A stretch of DNA of 20,000 bases from Deltaproteobacteria bacterium (lineage in GTDB: Bacteria; Myxococcota; JACRCW01), in the NCBI GenBank assembly GCA_016218805.1, contig JACRCW010000040.1:56382-76381 (forward strand), read 5' to 3'. Of this stretch, positions 8,863-16,986 are shown one piece after another (within the stretch, counting starts at the first letter, position 1; each line of letters opens with the position of its first letter). A program made the translations under genes and the position numbers. Under the pieces are notes generated by a model. It searched no databases and had not been told where the DNA came from. It saw nothing but the letters and a program-made list of their open reading frames with translations.

Positions 8863-9708
8863 GTGGCGACGCCTTCCCCGCGGACCCTGGCCCGGGAACG
8901 CCTGCGCGTGAACCTGGTGGTGCTGGTGCTGATGGGCCTGCACGCGGCCATGGTGGCGCGCGCTCCGCTGCTGGCGGGGCCGCCGCAACTGGCCGCCCTG
9001 GGGGCGTACTGCGCGGCCCTGGCCGCGTTCATGACGGTGATTGGCACGGGTTCCGCCTGGCATCTGCTGGGTGCGGAGCGCGGGGCCGCGTTTCCCCACG
9101 TCGTGGTCACCGGGTGGTTGCTGGCCGTCGCGTCGGCGGTGGTGGGGGCGGGCATTGGGTGGGCCGGGGCGTTTGCGGACACCGTGTCTGAACGGGCGCT
9201 GGCCGCATCCATGTTGAGCGTGCTGCCCGCGGTGTTTGTCCCGTCCCGCATGGTGGCGGGGATGCTGCGGGGGATGGCGCGGGCCGGGCCGCGGCAGGCG
9301 CCGGTGGGTGTGGGCGCGCTGGTGGCGGCGGCGGCGCTGGCGTCGGGGACGTTTGGGGCGCTGCACCCGTGGGTGCGCTTTCCCGCCGGTCCGCCCGCCA
9401 CCGAACGCGAAGCGCTGACCTACGGCATCACGGCCGTAGCCGTGACGTGCATCCTGCTGCCCACGGCGGGCTTCCGCATTGCGCGGGGGCTGCGGGTCTC
9501 CGGGGCGCTGGTGCCGCCGCCCCCGGAAGCGCTGTGGACCGGGCTGCTGGGCGTGGGGGCCATGGCCGCGGTGGCACTGGTCGTCGTGGTGACGCCGGCC
9601 ACCGTGGAACAGTGGTCCCTGGCGCGGGGCGCGCTGGGGGCCATCCTTGGCGCGGCGGGGATTGTGGCCGGGGCGGCGTGGGGGGCGGAGGCCGCCGGGG
9701 ACGGCTGA
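8863..9708 (+). CDS. Hypothetical polytopic integral membrane protein (about 8 hydrophobic segments)
   Basis: Repeated Ala/Gly/Val/Leu-rich hydrophobic stretches. Start re-called at in-frame GTG 8863 to avoid overlap with the preceding gene. Confidence 0.7.
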   Translation: MATPSPRTLARERLRVNLVVLVLMGLHAAMVARAPLLAGPPQLAALGAYCAALAAFMTVIGTGSAWHLLGAERGAAFPHVVVTGWLLAVASAVVGAGIGWAGAFADTVSERALAASMLSVLPAVFVPSRMVAGMLRGMARAGPRQAPVGVGALVAAAALASGTFGALHPWVRFPAGPPATEREALTYGITAVAVTCILLPTAGFRIARGLRVSGALVPPPPEALWTGLLGVGAMAAVALVVVVTPATVEQWSLARGALGAILGAAGIVAGAAWGAEAAGDG

Positions 9709-9715
9709 GCCCGCG

Positions 9716-10204
9716 TCAGGCTTCCTGGGCCTCGGCGCGTGATTCGTTGTCCACAAAGAGCAGGCCGGAGGCCTTGGGGCGTCCGCGACCCTTGCGGGTG
9801 GGGGTTTCCTTCTCCGCCTTTCCGTCGGCGGGCGGGGGCGGCGCGCTCGGGTCGGAGCGGGCGGCGCGGCGCGGCCCGCGCGGCAGCGAGATCGCGTCCA
9901 GCCGCGCGGCAAGCTCCGCGTTGTCCTCGGAGAACACGCGCGCGTAGGCCAGCGCACGCTGCGCCTTGCCCAGCAGGGCGTCCTGCGCCTCAGCCAGCGC
10001 GGTCCGCGCCGCGGCCAGGTCCGTTTCCAGACGCACCACCGCGTCGTGGCAGGTGCGGACACGGCCGGCGTGCTGCTCCAGCACGTCGCGGTTCACGTCG
10101 GGGAAGGACACGGTCACCAGCTCGGCCGCGAACAGATCCACCAGGGTCTGCACCGGCGCGGGAACGGGGTTGTCTTTGGCGGGGGGATTGGGGTTGGTCG
10201 TCAC
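9716..10204 (-). CDS. Hypothetical coiled-coil protein with basic, AT-hook-like C-tail; candidate SOS-regulon member
   Basis: GGAGGT RBS 6 nt before GTG. Heptad region VVRLETDLAAARTALAEAQDALL; tail TRKGRGRPK. Confidence 0.8.
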   Translation of the reverse strand: MTTNPNPPAKDNPVPAPVQTLVDLFAAELVTVSFPDVNRDVLEQHAGRVRTCHDAVVRLETDLAAARTALAEAQDALLGKAQRALAYARVFSEDNAELAARLDAISLPRGPRRAARSDPSAPPPPADGKAEKETPTRKGRGRPKASGLLFVDNESRAEAQEA

Positions 10205-10225
10205 GGGGCTACCTCCGGGCGTGCT

Positions 10226-10241
10226 TTGAACACACGTTCAG
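10226..10241 (-). promoter_or_regulatory. LexA (SOS) box, Myxococcus-type
   Basis: Minus strand reads CTGAACGTGTGTTCAA(A), i.e. TGAAC-N4-GTTCA. It matches 15 of 17 positions of the M. xanthus consensus CTRHAMRYBYGTTCAGS. It sits ~20 nt upstream of the 9716-10204 start and just downstream of a TTGCAT -35-like hexamer (10247-10252). Confidence 0.7.
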
Positions 10242-10344
10242 TGTTCATGCAAGGGCCGTTGGAGGGCGGCGCCACACCGCAGCGCAGCGGCAAGCGTGGG
10301 CGGGAGGGCTTGGAGTGGGGGCAGAAGCGCGGCGCGGCCACCGG

Positions 10345-10367
10345 AGTGTCTCACTATTTGAGACACT
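10345..10367. promoter_or_regulatory. Perfect inverted repeat, putative transcription-factor site
   Basis: AGTGTCTCA-CTATT-TGAGACACT: 9-bp arms with a 5-nt AT-rich spacer, in non-coding DNA. Confidence 0.5.
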
Positions 10368-10429
10368 TTCTGTGGTTCTCCCCGGCCGCTCCCGTCGCGG
10401 CTGCGCGTCTGTGGGTGTTGTTCAGCAGT

Positions 10430-10446
10430 GATACCAACTTGGTATC
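10430..10446. promoter_or_regulatory. Perfect inverted repeat, putative transcription-factor site
   Basis: GATACCAA-C-TTGGTATC: 8-bp arms with a 1-nt spacer. The spacer is too short for a full RNA hairpin loop, so a DNA operator is more likely. Confidence 0.5.
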
Positions 10447-10581
10447 TACACCGACAAAGGCCGTTGGGAGGGTGCCTGCGTGCGGCACCGCATCCCAAGC
10501 CCAACCCGACCCGGGCCCCGCGACGCCCCATTCCTCCGGGCGGCAGGCCCTGCCGCGCGGGAACGAAGCGGAGGTCGCGGG

Positions 10582-12435
10582 TCAATCGCGGCAGCAGAGC
10601 ACGCCGCCCTTGTCGCTGTTACCCACGGGGTTGCCGCTGTAGCTGCAGGAGTTGTTGGGGCAGCCCTTCTTGGTGACAATGGCGCCCTCGTGCAGGTGGC
10701 TGGTGGCGTCTCCCTGGCACTGCCAGGGGCCCAGGTTGGGCTCGGCCTCGTTGTAGCCGCAGGAGTTGGCCTGCGTGGAGGCCAGCGCGCGGGTGAGCGG
10801 CCCGCACATCTTGTCTGACGTCAGCAGCACGCCCAGGTTGCCGCAGCCAAACACGTCGTTGTCGTTGGTGGTCGTGTCACACACGGTGTTGCTGGTGGAC
10901 GTCTGCGCCACGGCAAAGAAGTACGCCTTGTCCGGTGCCCCGGGCGGCACCGCGTCCGCGCAGGAGGCTGCGTGCTGGCCCACCTCGGTGGCACCCAGGC
11001 ACACGTGCCAGCCGGTGGCGCACAGGTCCGCGGCCGCGCAGCCGGTGCCGTCGGTGTTGGTGCCGTCGTCGCCGGCGGCGCGGTTGCACGTGGGGACCAG
11101 GTTGGACCGAGTCAGTCCGGGGACCGACCACGCGCCCGCGCACGCCGCGATGGAGGGATACGCGGTGGTGTCCAGGAAGCCCTCGCGCGCGTTGTCCGCG
11201 CAGCCCACGGACGGGGGCGGCGTGACGGTGATGCAGTTGCCCGACCGGCACACCTTGCCGCCGCCGCACGGCGTGTCCTCAGGAGAGGTTTCCACGGTGG
11301 GCGAGCCGCCCTCGCAGCCGGACAGCGTGTGGCACAGCCCGGCGGTGGCCACCGTCGTTTCGGCGGGGCTGGTGCACGCGGCGCTGTTGGCGGCCGCACA
11401 CTGGCCGGAAGCGTCGCAGCGGCCGCTGGTGAGGTCCGAGTAGTCCACGCGCACGCAGCTGGAGGTCCCCGCCGCCGTGTTGTCCCCGCGCAGGTCGTGG
11501 CGGTCCAGGCCGTCGCAGTCAATGGTGCCGCACCGCTCATCATCAGAAGCAAGCGTGTCCGCGCCGCCCGAACAGCGATGGCAGACGGCCACCGCGGACG
11601 GATTGCACACCGGGAGGCACTGGTGATTGCTGCAGACCTTGTCCGTCCCACACGACGTGCCGTCCGGCACCTGCACCACCTGCGGGTTGCCTTCCACGCA
11701 GCCTTCGATGAGCTGGCACAGGCCGGCCTGGGCCAGGGTGGCCGCGGTCACGTCGGTGCAGCGGTCCGGCGTGGGGGAGACGCAGCGCCCAATCTCCGTG
11801 CAGCGCGCGGTGGTGATGGGACCATGCGTGTAGCGCACGCAGGAGGACGTGCCCGCCGCGGTGTTGTCGCCCAGCAATTCGTTGCGGTCCAGCGGGGTGC
11901 ACGCAATGGGGCCGCAGCGGTCGTCGTCGGTCAACGGGACCTCAAACCCGCGGGCGCACTCTGAGCACAGCGGCATGGACAGCGGCTCGTCAATGTTCCC
12001 GTTGCGGTCATTGTCCAGGCCATCACAGATCTCCGCGGTGATGGGGATGCCCTGGGCCATGTCCACGCGCACCTCCGTGGTGCGCCCACCGGCAATGAGC
12101 ACGTTGCTCACCCACACCGCGTTGAGCGGGATGCCGTCCTGGTCCAACGCCGCCACCCGCACCTGCCAGGTGCCCGCCTCAAGCTCCTTGAGGTCCACGC
12201 GCGTCTCCGGCCACACCGTGGCGGAGGTCCCGTCGTGCACAGCGTCGGATTCGTCCTGCGCGGTGACCTGGATGAGCGGGGTGTTGGCAGGCGGGTTGGT
12301 GACGGTCACCCGCAGCGTGCCCTGGGTATCATCCAGGCGGTCCTGGTCACAGCGGCAGTTCAGCGCGGCAACGGACAGGGACAAGAGCAGCCACGTCGTG
12401 GCGCGGGCTGCAAGGGAGGCGTGGCAGCGGGTCAT
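10582..12435 (-). CDS. Secreted/lipoprotein Cys-rich repeat protein (617 aa): Ig-like N-domain, MopE-type putative metal-binding motif, two ~120-aa Cys-rich repeats, C-terminal Cys-rich domain
   Basis: GGAGG 5 nt before ATG 12435. Signal ...WLLLSLSVAALNCRC; motif EICDGLDNDRNGNIDE; repeated GDNTAAGTSSCVR; C-domain GCADNAREGF...CAAADLCATGWHVC...GGVLCCRD. Confidence 0.88.
   Translation of the reverse strand: MTRCHASLAARATTWLLLSLSVAALNCRCDQDRLDDTQGTLRVTVTNPPANTPLIQVTAQDESDAVHDGTSATVWPETRVDLKELEAGTWQVRVAALDQDGIPLNAVWVSNVLIAGGRTTEVRVDMAQGIPITAEICDGLDNDRNGNIDEPLSMPLCSECARGFEVPLTDDDRCGPIACTPLDRNELLGDNTAAGTSSCVRYTHGPITTARCTEIGRCVSPTPDRCTDVTAATLAQAGLCQLIEGCVEGNPQVVQVPDGTSCGTDKVCSNHQCLPVCNPSAVAVCHRCSGGADTLASDDERCGTIDCDGLDRHDLRGDNTAAGTSSCVRVDYSDLTSGRCDASGQCAAANSAACTSPAETTVATAGLCHTLSGCEGGSPTVETSPEDTPCGGGKVCRSGNCITVTPPPSVGCADNAREGFLDTTAYPSIAACAGAWSVPGLTRSNLVPTCNRAAGDDGTNTDGTGCAAADLCATGWHVCLGATEVGQHAASCADAVPPGAPDKAYFFAVAQTSTSNTVCDTTTNDNDVFGCGNLGVLLTSDKMCGPLTRALASTQANSCGYNEAEPNLGPWQCQGDATSHLHEGAIVTKKGCPNNSCSYSGNPVGNSDKGGVLCCRD
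11231..11970 (-). repeat. Two tandem intragenic Cys-rich repeats (~11614-11970 and ~11231-11590)
   Basis: Unit 1 LCSEC..DDDRCGPIAC..LDR..L.GDNTAAGTSSCVR..RC..GRC..C..AGLC..GC..P.GTSCG.DKVC.NHQC. Unit 2 VCHRC..DDERCGTIDC..LDR..L.GDNTAAGTSSCVR..RC..GQC..C..AGLC..GC..P.DTPCG.GKVC.SGNC. Boundaries approximate. Confidence 0.85.
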
Positions 12436-12558
12436 CAGGTCCTCCGCGGACCCCGCCTGGGGCGGGGGGCGCGCGGACCCAAACCACGTCACGGCGGCCG
12501 GTTCAACCGGATGGACGGCACTGCTTCAGCCGCGCGAACTGCGCGGCGCGGGGACCCC

Positions 12559-12747
12559 TCAAAGGCCCCCGCCGCCGCCGTCGGAACCCCCGCAGCCCCC
12601 GCCCAGAACCGCGCTGGCGGACATCAGGCGCGTGATGGCGGTGGCGCCGCAGCCGCCGCACTTGAGGTCCTCCTCGTCGGACTTGCGCCGGATGAGTTCC
12701 TCAAAGGTGTGGCCGCAGGCCTGGCAGGCGTACTCATAGATGGGCAT
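12559..12747 (-). CDS. FmdB family zinc-ribbon protein (CxxC_CxxC_SSSS), 62 aa
   Basis: MPIYEYACQACGHTFEEL...KCGGCG...RLMSAS followed by a Gly-rich tail; start at ATG 12747. Confidence 0.9.
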   Translation of the reverse strand: MPIYEYACQACGHTFEELIRRKSDEEDLKCGGCGATAITRLMSASAVLGGGCGGSDGGGGGL

Positions 12748-12874
12748 GGAACACGGCTCCTTGGCGCGTAGGAGCCCGGCGCGGCGCGAAGGATTCGCGA
12801 TCCGGCAGGTGCCCGCCCCCGAGCGGCGGGCTACCAAGGAGCCCGGGTGTCCAAGTAGCCGTGTGGAGGAGCGG

Positions 12875-14818
12875 ATGGCGTCGTCCTGGTGGAGCAACCC
12901 CCTGGCCGCGGTGATGGTGGCCTGCCTGGCGTGCGATCCCGTCGTCACCGACACGGCTGCGGATGCCGGGACCGCGGCGGCGGGGTCCTCTTCGTCCGCG
13001 CGGCCCGGTGCGTCCTCCGCGGTGCCGCACTCCTCACGCGCGGACGCGGGTACCCCCTTGGACGCCGGCCCGCCGCGGGATGCCGCCCCACCTGCGGACG
13101 CCGCCGCGCCGGCGGATGCCGCCGTCCCGGTGGACGCCGGTGCCTGCACGCCGGGGGCGCTGGCCACGGGTTTCACCCTGCAGACCGGAGGCGGGCAGCC
13201 CTTCAGCACGGCGGCCCCCCGCGTGGTCCTGTCCGGCACGCTCCCGGCGGATGTGGGCGGCACCGCGGTGGACGCGGTGCACGTCAACGGGAGCACACGC
13301 GGGACCGCGCTGGACCTGGGACGGCGCCGGTGGAGCTGGCAGGGTGCGCTGGAGCCCGGGGACAACGCCTTCAGCATGGTGGCCCGGGGCGGGGCCAACG
13401 CGTCCGCCACGCTCACCACCACGGTCACCCTCACCGCCGCGCCCGCGGCGGAGACCGCACCCGCGTTTGGTGCCAACGAGCACTACGTAGGCTCCTGGTT
13501 CTTCACCTGGTTTACCGGTGACCCGGCGTGGGAGTGCAGCTCGCCGTGGTGGCCGGTGGCGGGGTTCAGCGCATGGAACGGCTCGCCGGAATGGGCGCGG
13601 ACGCAGCTGCTGGACATGATGGATGCGCACCTGGACCTGGTGGGCCTGCAGTATGACACCAAGGACACCACGCTGCCGGTGGGCTACCGCGCGCAGAACG
13701 TCTTCAACGTGATGACCGCCTACCGGCAGCTGCTGGAGGAGGGCCGCCGGCCACCGCGCATGGCCATGTTCCTGGACACCGCCATCCTGGCCGCGTTGCA
13801 CAAGGACCGCACCGGCGCGGACCTGGACGTCTCCGGCGAACCGGGCCGCGCCGAGTTCTACGACTACCTCCACGTCTACCACTCGCAGCTCAACACCATC
13901 CTGGGCGCCCGCTGGCGTGACGCGGCCGTGGCCACCTGGGGCGGCCGGCCCATCCTCGCCTTCTGGCACACGGACACCGGGTCCATCGTCGGTGCCAGCA
14001 GCGCGTTTGTGGCGGACCTCAAGGCGCGCTTCCAGGCGGAGTTTGGCGTGGAGCCCTACCTGGTGGCGCATCCCAACCTGTGGTCGCAGTACGCCGACAC
14101 CGACGAGATCACGCAGATGTTTGGGCCACCGCAGCACTTCTTTGAAGTGGGCCACGACGGGGCCGCGCACCCCACCATCAACATCACCGCGGGTTTCTGG
14201 AACCCGGTGTCCAACCCGTTCTACCTGCCCCGCCTGTCGGGGACGAACTACGACAACGCGTGGGCCGCCGCGCTGGCCCGGCGCGGCGCTGTGCGCCACC
14301 TGTACATTGATTCGTGGAACGAGACGGGCGAGGGCTCCGGGCTGCTTGACGCGGTGCCCGTGAACCACGACGTCACCGACACGGGTTCCTGCGGGACGTG
14401 GGTGTCCCCGCACGCGGACGGGTGGGGCCCGTCCAGCCGCCACTACATTGACGTCACGGCCGCCCGCGCCGCCGAGTGGAACGACAACCCGGAGGACGAC
14501 GCCGAGCTGCTGGTGCACGACCTGCCGCTCACGCTGCAAGCCGGCGAAGTGCGCGCCGCCACCGTGGTGGTGCGCAACCTGGGCGACGCGGCCTGGACGG
14601 CGGCCTCCGGGCACGGACTGCGCGCGGGTGGGATCAGTACGGCACCGGTGGTGGACCTCCCGGCGGGCGCGCGCGTGGTGCGCGGGGACGTGCACGCCTT
14701 CCCGGTGGTCCTGGCGGCGCCCTGCACGGCGGGGACCGTCGCCGTCCCCCTGGCCATGGAGAAGCACGGCACGGCGTTGCTTTCGCTGGGGGAGACGCAG
14801 GTGACCATTGTGCCGTGA
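12875..14818 (+). CDS. Lipoprotein glycoside hydrolase, GH99/GH71/DUF5010-like TIM barrel, with Ig-like domain and C-terminal NBR1-Ig-like domain
   Basis: GGAGGAG RBS before ATG 12875; lipobox-like VACLAC; Ser- and DAG-rich linker. Ig-like segment (VVLSG..VHVNG..WSWQGALEPGDNAFSMVA). Barrel motifs VGSWFFTWF, QLLDMMDAHLD, GGRPIL, TAGFWN, YIDSWNETGEGS. C-terminal VVVRNLGDAAW..FPVVLAAP..G. Confidence 0.78.
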   Translation: MASSWWSNPLAAVMVACLACDPVVTDTAADAGTAAAGSSSSARPGASSAVPHSSRADAGTPLDAGPPRDAAPPADAAAPADAAVPVDAGACTPGALATGFTLQTGGGQPFSTAAPRVVLSGTLPADVGGTAVDAVHVNGSTRGTALDLGRRRWSWQGALEPGDNAFSMVARGGANASATLTTTVTLTAAPAAETAPAFGANEHYVGSWFFTWFTGDPAWECSSPWWPVAGFSAWNGSPEWARTQLLDMMDAHLDLVGLQYDTKDTTLPVGYRAQNVFNVMTAYRQLLEEGRRPPRMAMFLDTAILAALHKDRTGADLDVSGEPGRAEFYDYLHVYHSQLNTILGARWRDAAVATWGGRPILAFWHTDTGSIVGASSAFVADLKARFQAEFGVEPYLVAHPNLWSQYADTDEITQMFGPPQHFFEVGHDGAAHPTINITAGFWNPVSNPFYLPRLSGTNYDNAWAAALARRGAVRHLYIDSWNETGEGSGLLDAVPVNHDVTDTGSCGTWVSPHADGWGPSSRHYIDVTAARAAEWNDNPEDDAELLVHDLPLTLQAGEVRAATVVVRNLGDAAWTAASGHGLRAGGISTAPVVDLPAGARVVRGDVHAFPVVLAAPCTAGTVAVPLAMEKHGTALLSLGETQVTIVP

Positions 14819-14866
14819 GGCGCCAGAAAGGTGCCGCCGCCGCGCGGTGGCGCTAAGGCTGGCGCC

Positions 14867-16141
14867 ATGACGGCGGGCGCGGTGGGGCTGATGCTGGCGG
14901 GGCTGACGTGGGCCGCGGCGCCTGCGGCCGAGCGCCTGCTGGTCATGCCCCTGGCCATGCGCGTGGGCGTGCCGGCTCGCGCCGTGGAGTCGCTGTCGGA
15001 CTTTGTGCTGGCTGAGGTGCGCAAGGTCCCCGGCTACGCAGTGGTGTCCCAGTCAGACATTGAGCAGATGCTCACGCTGGAGTCCCGCAAGCAGATGCTT
15101 GGGTGCGACGCCACCAGCTGCCTGGCGGAGCTGGGGGGCGCGCTCAACGCCAAGGAGGTGCTGTACGGCAGCGTGGGCCGGCTGGGCGCCACGGAGATTG
15201 TCCTGTCCCTGACCCGGCTGGCGCCCCACACCGGTGACGCCCTGGCGGGTGACGCTGAACGCCTGAGTGCCTCCGACACGGACGCGATGACCGACGGCGC
15301 CGTGCGCCTGCTGCACCGCCTCTACCCGGCCTATCAGCCGCCGCCGCCACGGGTGCGCCCCATGGGCGCCATCCCGCTGTGGGCGTTGATGGCCGTCAGC
15401 GGCGCCGGCGTGATGTACGCAACGTTCTCCTCCCTGATCTTCTCCACCATGCTGATGGTGGCGCCGGTCTGCGGGTGCCTGCCCTGGTGCGCCTCCCTGA
15501 CCGCCCTGCTGGCCTCCCCGTTGTTCTCCGTGGCGGTGCAGGAGGCGGTGGGTGACGTGGTGGGGCGGCGGCAGGCGGGCACCCGCTGGGCCAGCCTGGT
15601 GGCGTGTCCGTTCCTGTGCTGCGGACTGACCGTGCTGCCCATCGGCGTGGGGGCCGGCGCAGCGCTCGGGGGCTCGCTGGCCTACTACTACCCGGCGCTG
15701 GGGCTGGTGGGCTTTGCGGGGGCGCTCATTGGGGTGCTGCCCGCGCTGGCCATTGTGGCCGGCGCGCTGCCGGCCGCCACGGCGGCGGCGCTGCTCCTCC
15801 GGGCGGAGACCCGCCCGCCGGAGGCGGAGCCCAGCCGGCCGGGGCTGTACGCGCCCTATGAGCACCCCTCCGCCCGGTTCCCCGGGTTCACGCCGCGCTG
15901 GCTGCTGGGCGGGACGGAGGACGTGGAGCTGGCGGAGACCGCACCGGACAACGCCTCCCGGCAAGCCAGCGAGCCCCCGCCGCCGCCCCCTTCCCCGCCA
16001 CCCTCCGAGCCAGCCCCCACCGCTGCCGAACCGCCCGCCGCGCCGGAGCCCGCCGCGGCACAGCGGGCGGCGGAAGCGCCGGAGAGCAAGCCGGTTTCCC
16101 GCCCGGCCAGGAAGAAGGGCCGCAAGAAGGCCGCTCCCTGA
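14867..16141 (+). CDS. Membrane protein with N-terminal TolB-N/DUF2380-like extracytoplasmic domain, several TM helices and Pro-rich/basic tail
   Basis: Signal peptide; myxobacterial-type motif QMLGCDATSCLAELGGALNA..VLYGSVGRLG; hydrophobic middle region; tail PPPPPPSPPP..RKKGRKKAAP. Start re-called at ATG 14867. Confidence 0.75.
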   Translation: MTAGAVGLMLAGLTWAAAPAAERLLVMPLAMRVGVPARAVESLSDFVLAEVRKVPGYAVVSQSDIEQMLTLESRKQMLGCDATSCLAELGGALNAKEVLYGSVGRLGATEIVLSLTRLAPHTGDALAGDAERLSASDTDAMTDGAVRLLHRLYPAYQPPPPRVRPMGAIPLWALMAVSGAGVMYATFSSLIFSTMLMVAPVCGCLPWCASLTALLASPLFSVAVQEAVGDVVGRRQAGTRWASLVACPFLCCGLTVLPIGVGAGAALGGSLAYYYPALGLVGFAGALIGVLPALAIVAGALPAATAAALLLRAETRPPEAEPSRPGLYAPYEHPSARFPGFTPRWLLGGTEDVELAETAPDNASRQASEPPPPPPSPPPSEPAPTAAEPPAAPEPAAAQRAAEAPESKPVSRPARKKGRKKAAP

Positions 16142-16186
16142 ACGGGCGCTGGTGGACGGGCCGCCCCATCCGGTAGAACGCCGCGC

Positions 16187-16963
16187 ATGAGCTGCGGACC
16201 GCCGACGGGTACACGCACCGCGCTGCGCTGGGGGATTGTGGCGTGCGCGCTGGGCCTGCTGGGCAGTGTGTGCCCGCCGCAGCGCCACGCTGCGGTCAGT
16301 CTGGCACCGGCGGACGGGCGGCTGAGTTGGGAGCGGACGGTCTCGGACTGGTCACGGCAGCACAAGGTCTATGAGTGGATGGACGACAAGATTGACGCGC
16401 GCGCCACCTACCACAGCCCCGCGTTCCGCAAGAGCTACATCGAGCATTCGGGCAACTTCCACGGGGATTTCTCCGACACGGCCCGCAAGGAGCTGGTGGA
16501 GCTGGGTGGCGGCGAGGCGGAGTACTTCCACAGCTTCTTTGTGTCCGCGTACGTGGGGACGCAGAAGTACCGGCAGCTGGCGCACAGCCGCACCATCTGG
16601 ACGCTGTGGCTGGAGAACGACGCGGGCGTGCGCGTGCGGGCGGAGTCCCTCAAGGACGTGACCATCAACGCGGCGGTGGCGGCCATCTACCCGTACGTGG
16701 GGCGGTATGACCGCGGGTACCTGGTGCGGTTCCCGCTGGCGGACGCTGAGGGCCGCCCGGTGATCACCCGTGACACCAAGCGGTTCACGCTGCGCATTGC
16801 CAGCGCGTACGCGGAGGCCGAACTCATCTGGGACCTGGCCCCCGGCAGCGTGCGCCAGGACTTTGGCCTCCCGCGCGACGCCGGTCCGGACGCGGGACCC
16901 GCCAAAAAGGAAGACGAGGGCGGCCTGGGCGGCCTGGGCAAGATCCTGGGCGGCGGCAACTGA
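16187..16963 (+). CDS. Hypothetical exported protein / lipoprotein (258 aa)
   Basis: Hydrophobic N-terminus ending LLGSVC. Globular part ATYHSPAFR..FFVSAY..IWTLWLEND.G..YPYV..YLVRFP. Strong GC3 bias. Confidence 0.8.
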   Translation: MSCGPPTGTRTALRWGIVACALGLLGSVCPPQRHAAVSLAPADGRLSWERTVSDWSRQHKVYEWMDDKIDARATYHSPAFRKSYIEHSGNFHGDFSDTARKELVELGGGEAEYFHSFFVSAYVGTQKYRQLAHSRTIWTLWLENDAGVRVRAESLKDVTINAAVAAIYPYVGRYDRGYLVRFPLADAEGRPVITRDTKRFTLRIASAYAEAELIWDLAPGSVRQDFGLPRDAGPDAGPAKKEDEGGLGGLGKILGGGN

Positions 16964-16986
16964 GCGCCGCGCGCCGCGGCGGGCCG

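Noticed and set aside
6150..9401. Track N-terminal extensions (6150..7814, 6129..7646, 7818..9401, 7893..8825) suggesting fusions or overlapping genes
   Set aside because: The extensions overlap real opposite-strand genes; recognisable domains and signal peptides begin at the re-called starts.
10205..10581. CRISPR mini-array, dif site or IS ends in the palindrome-rich gap
   Set aside because: The palindromes differ from each other, show no repeat-spacer periodicity and do not match XerC/D dif; no cas, transposase or integrase gene is in the window.
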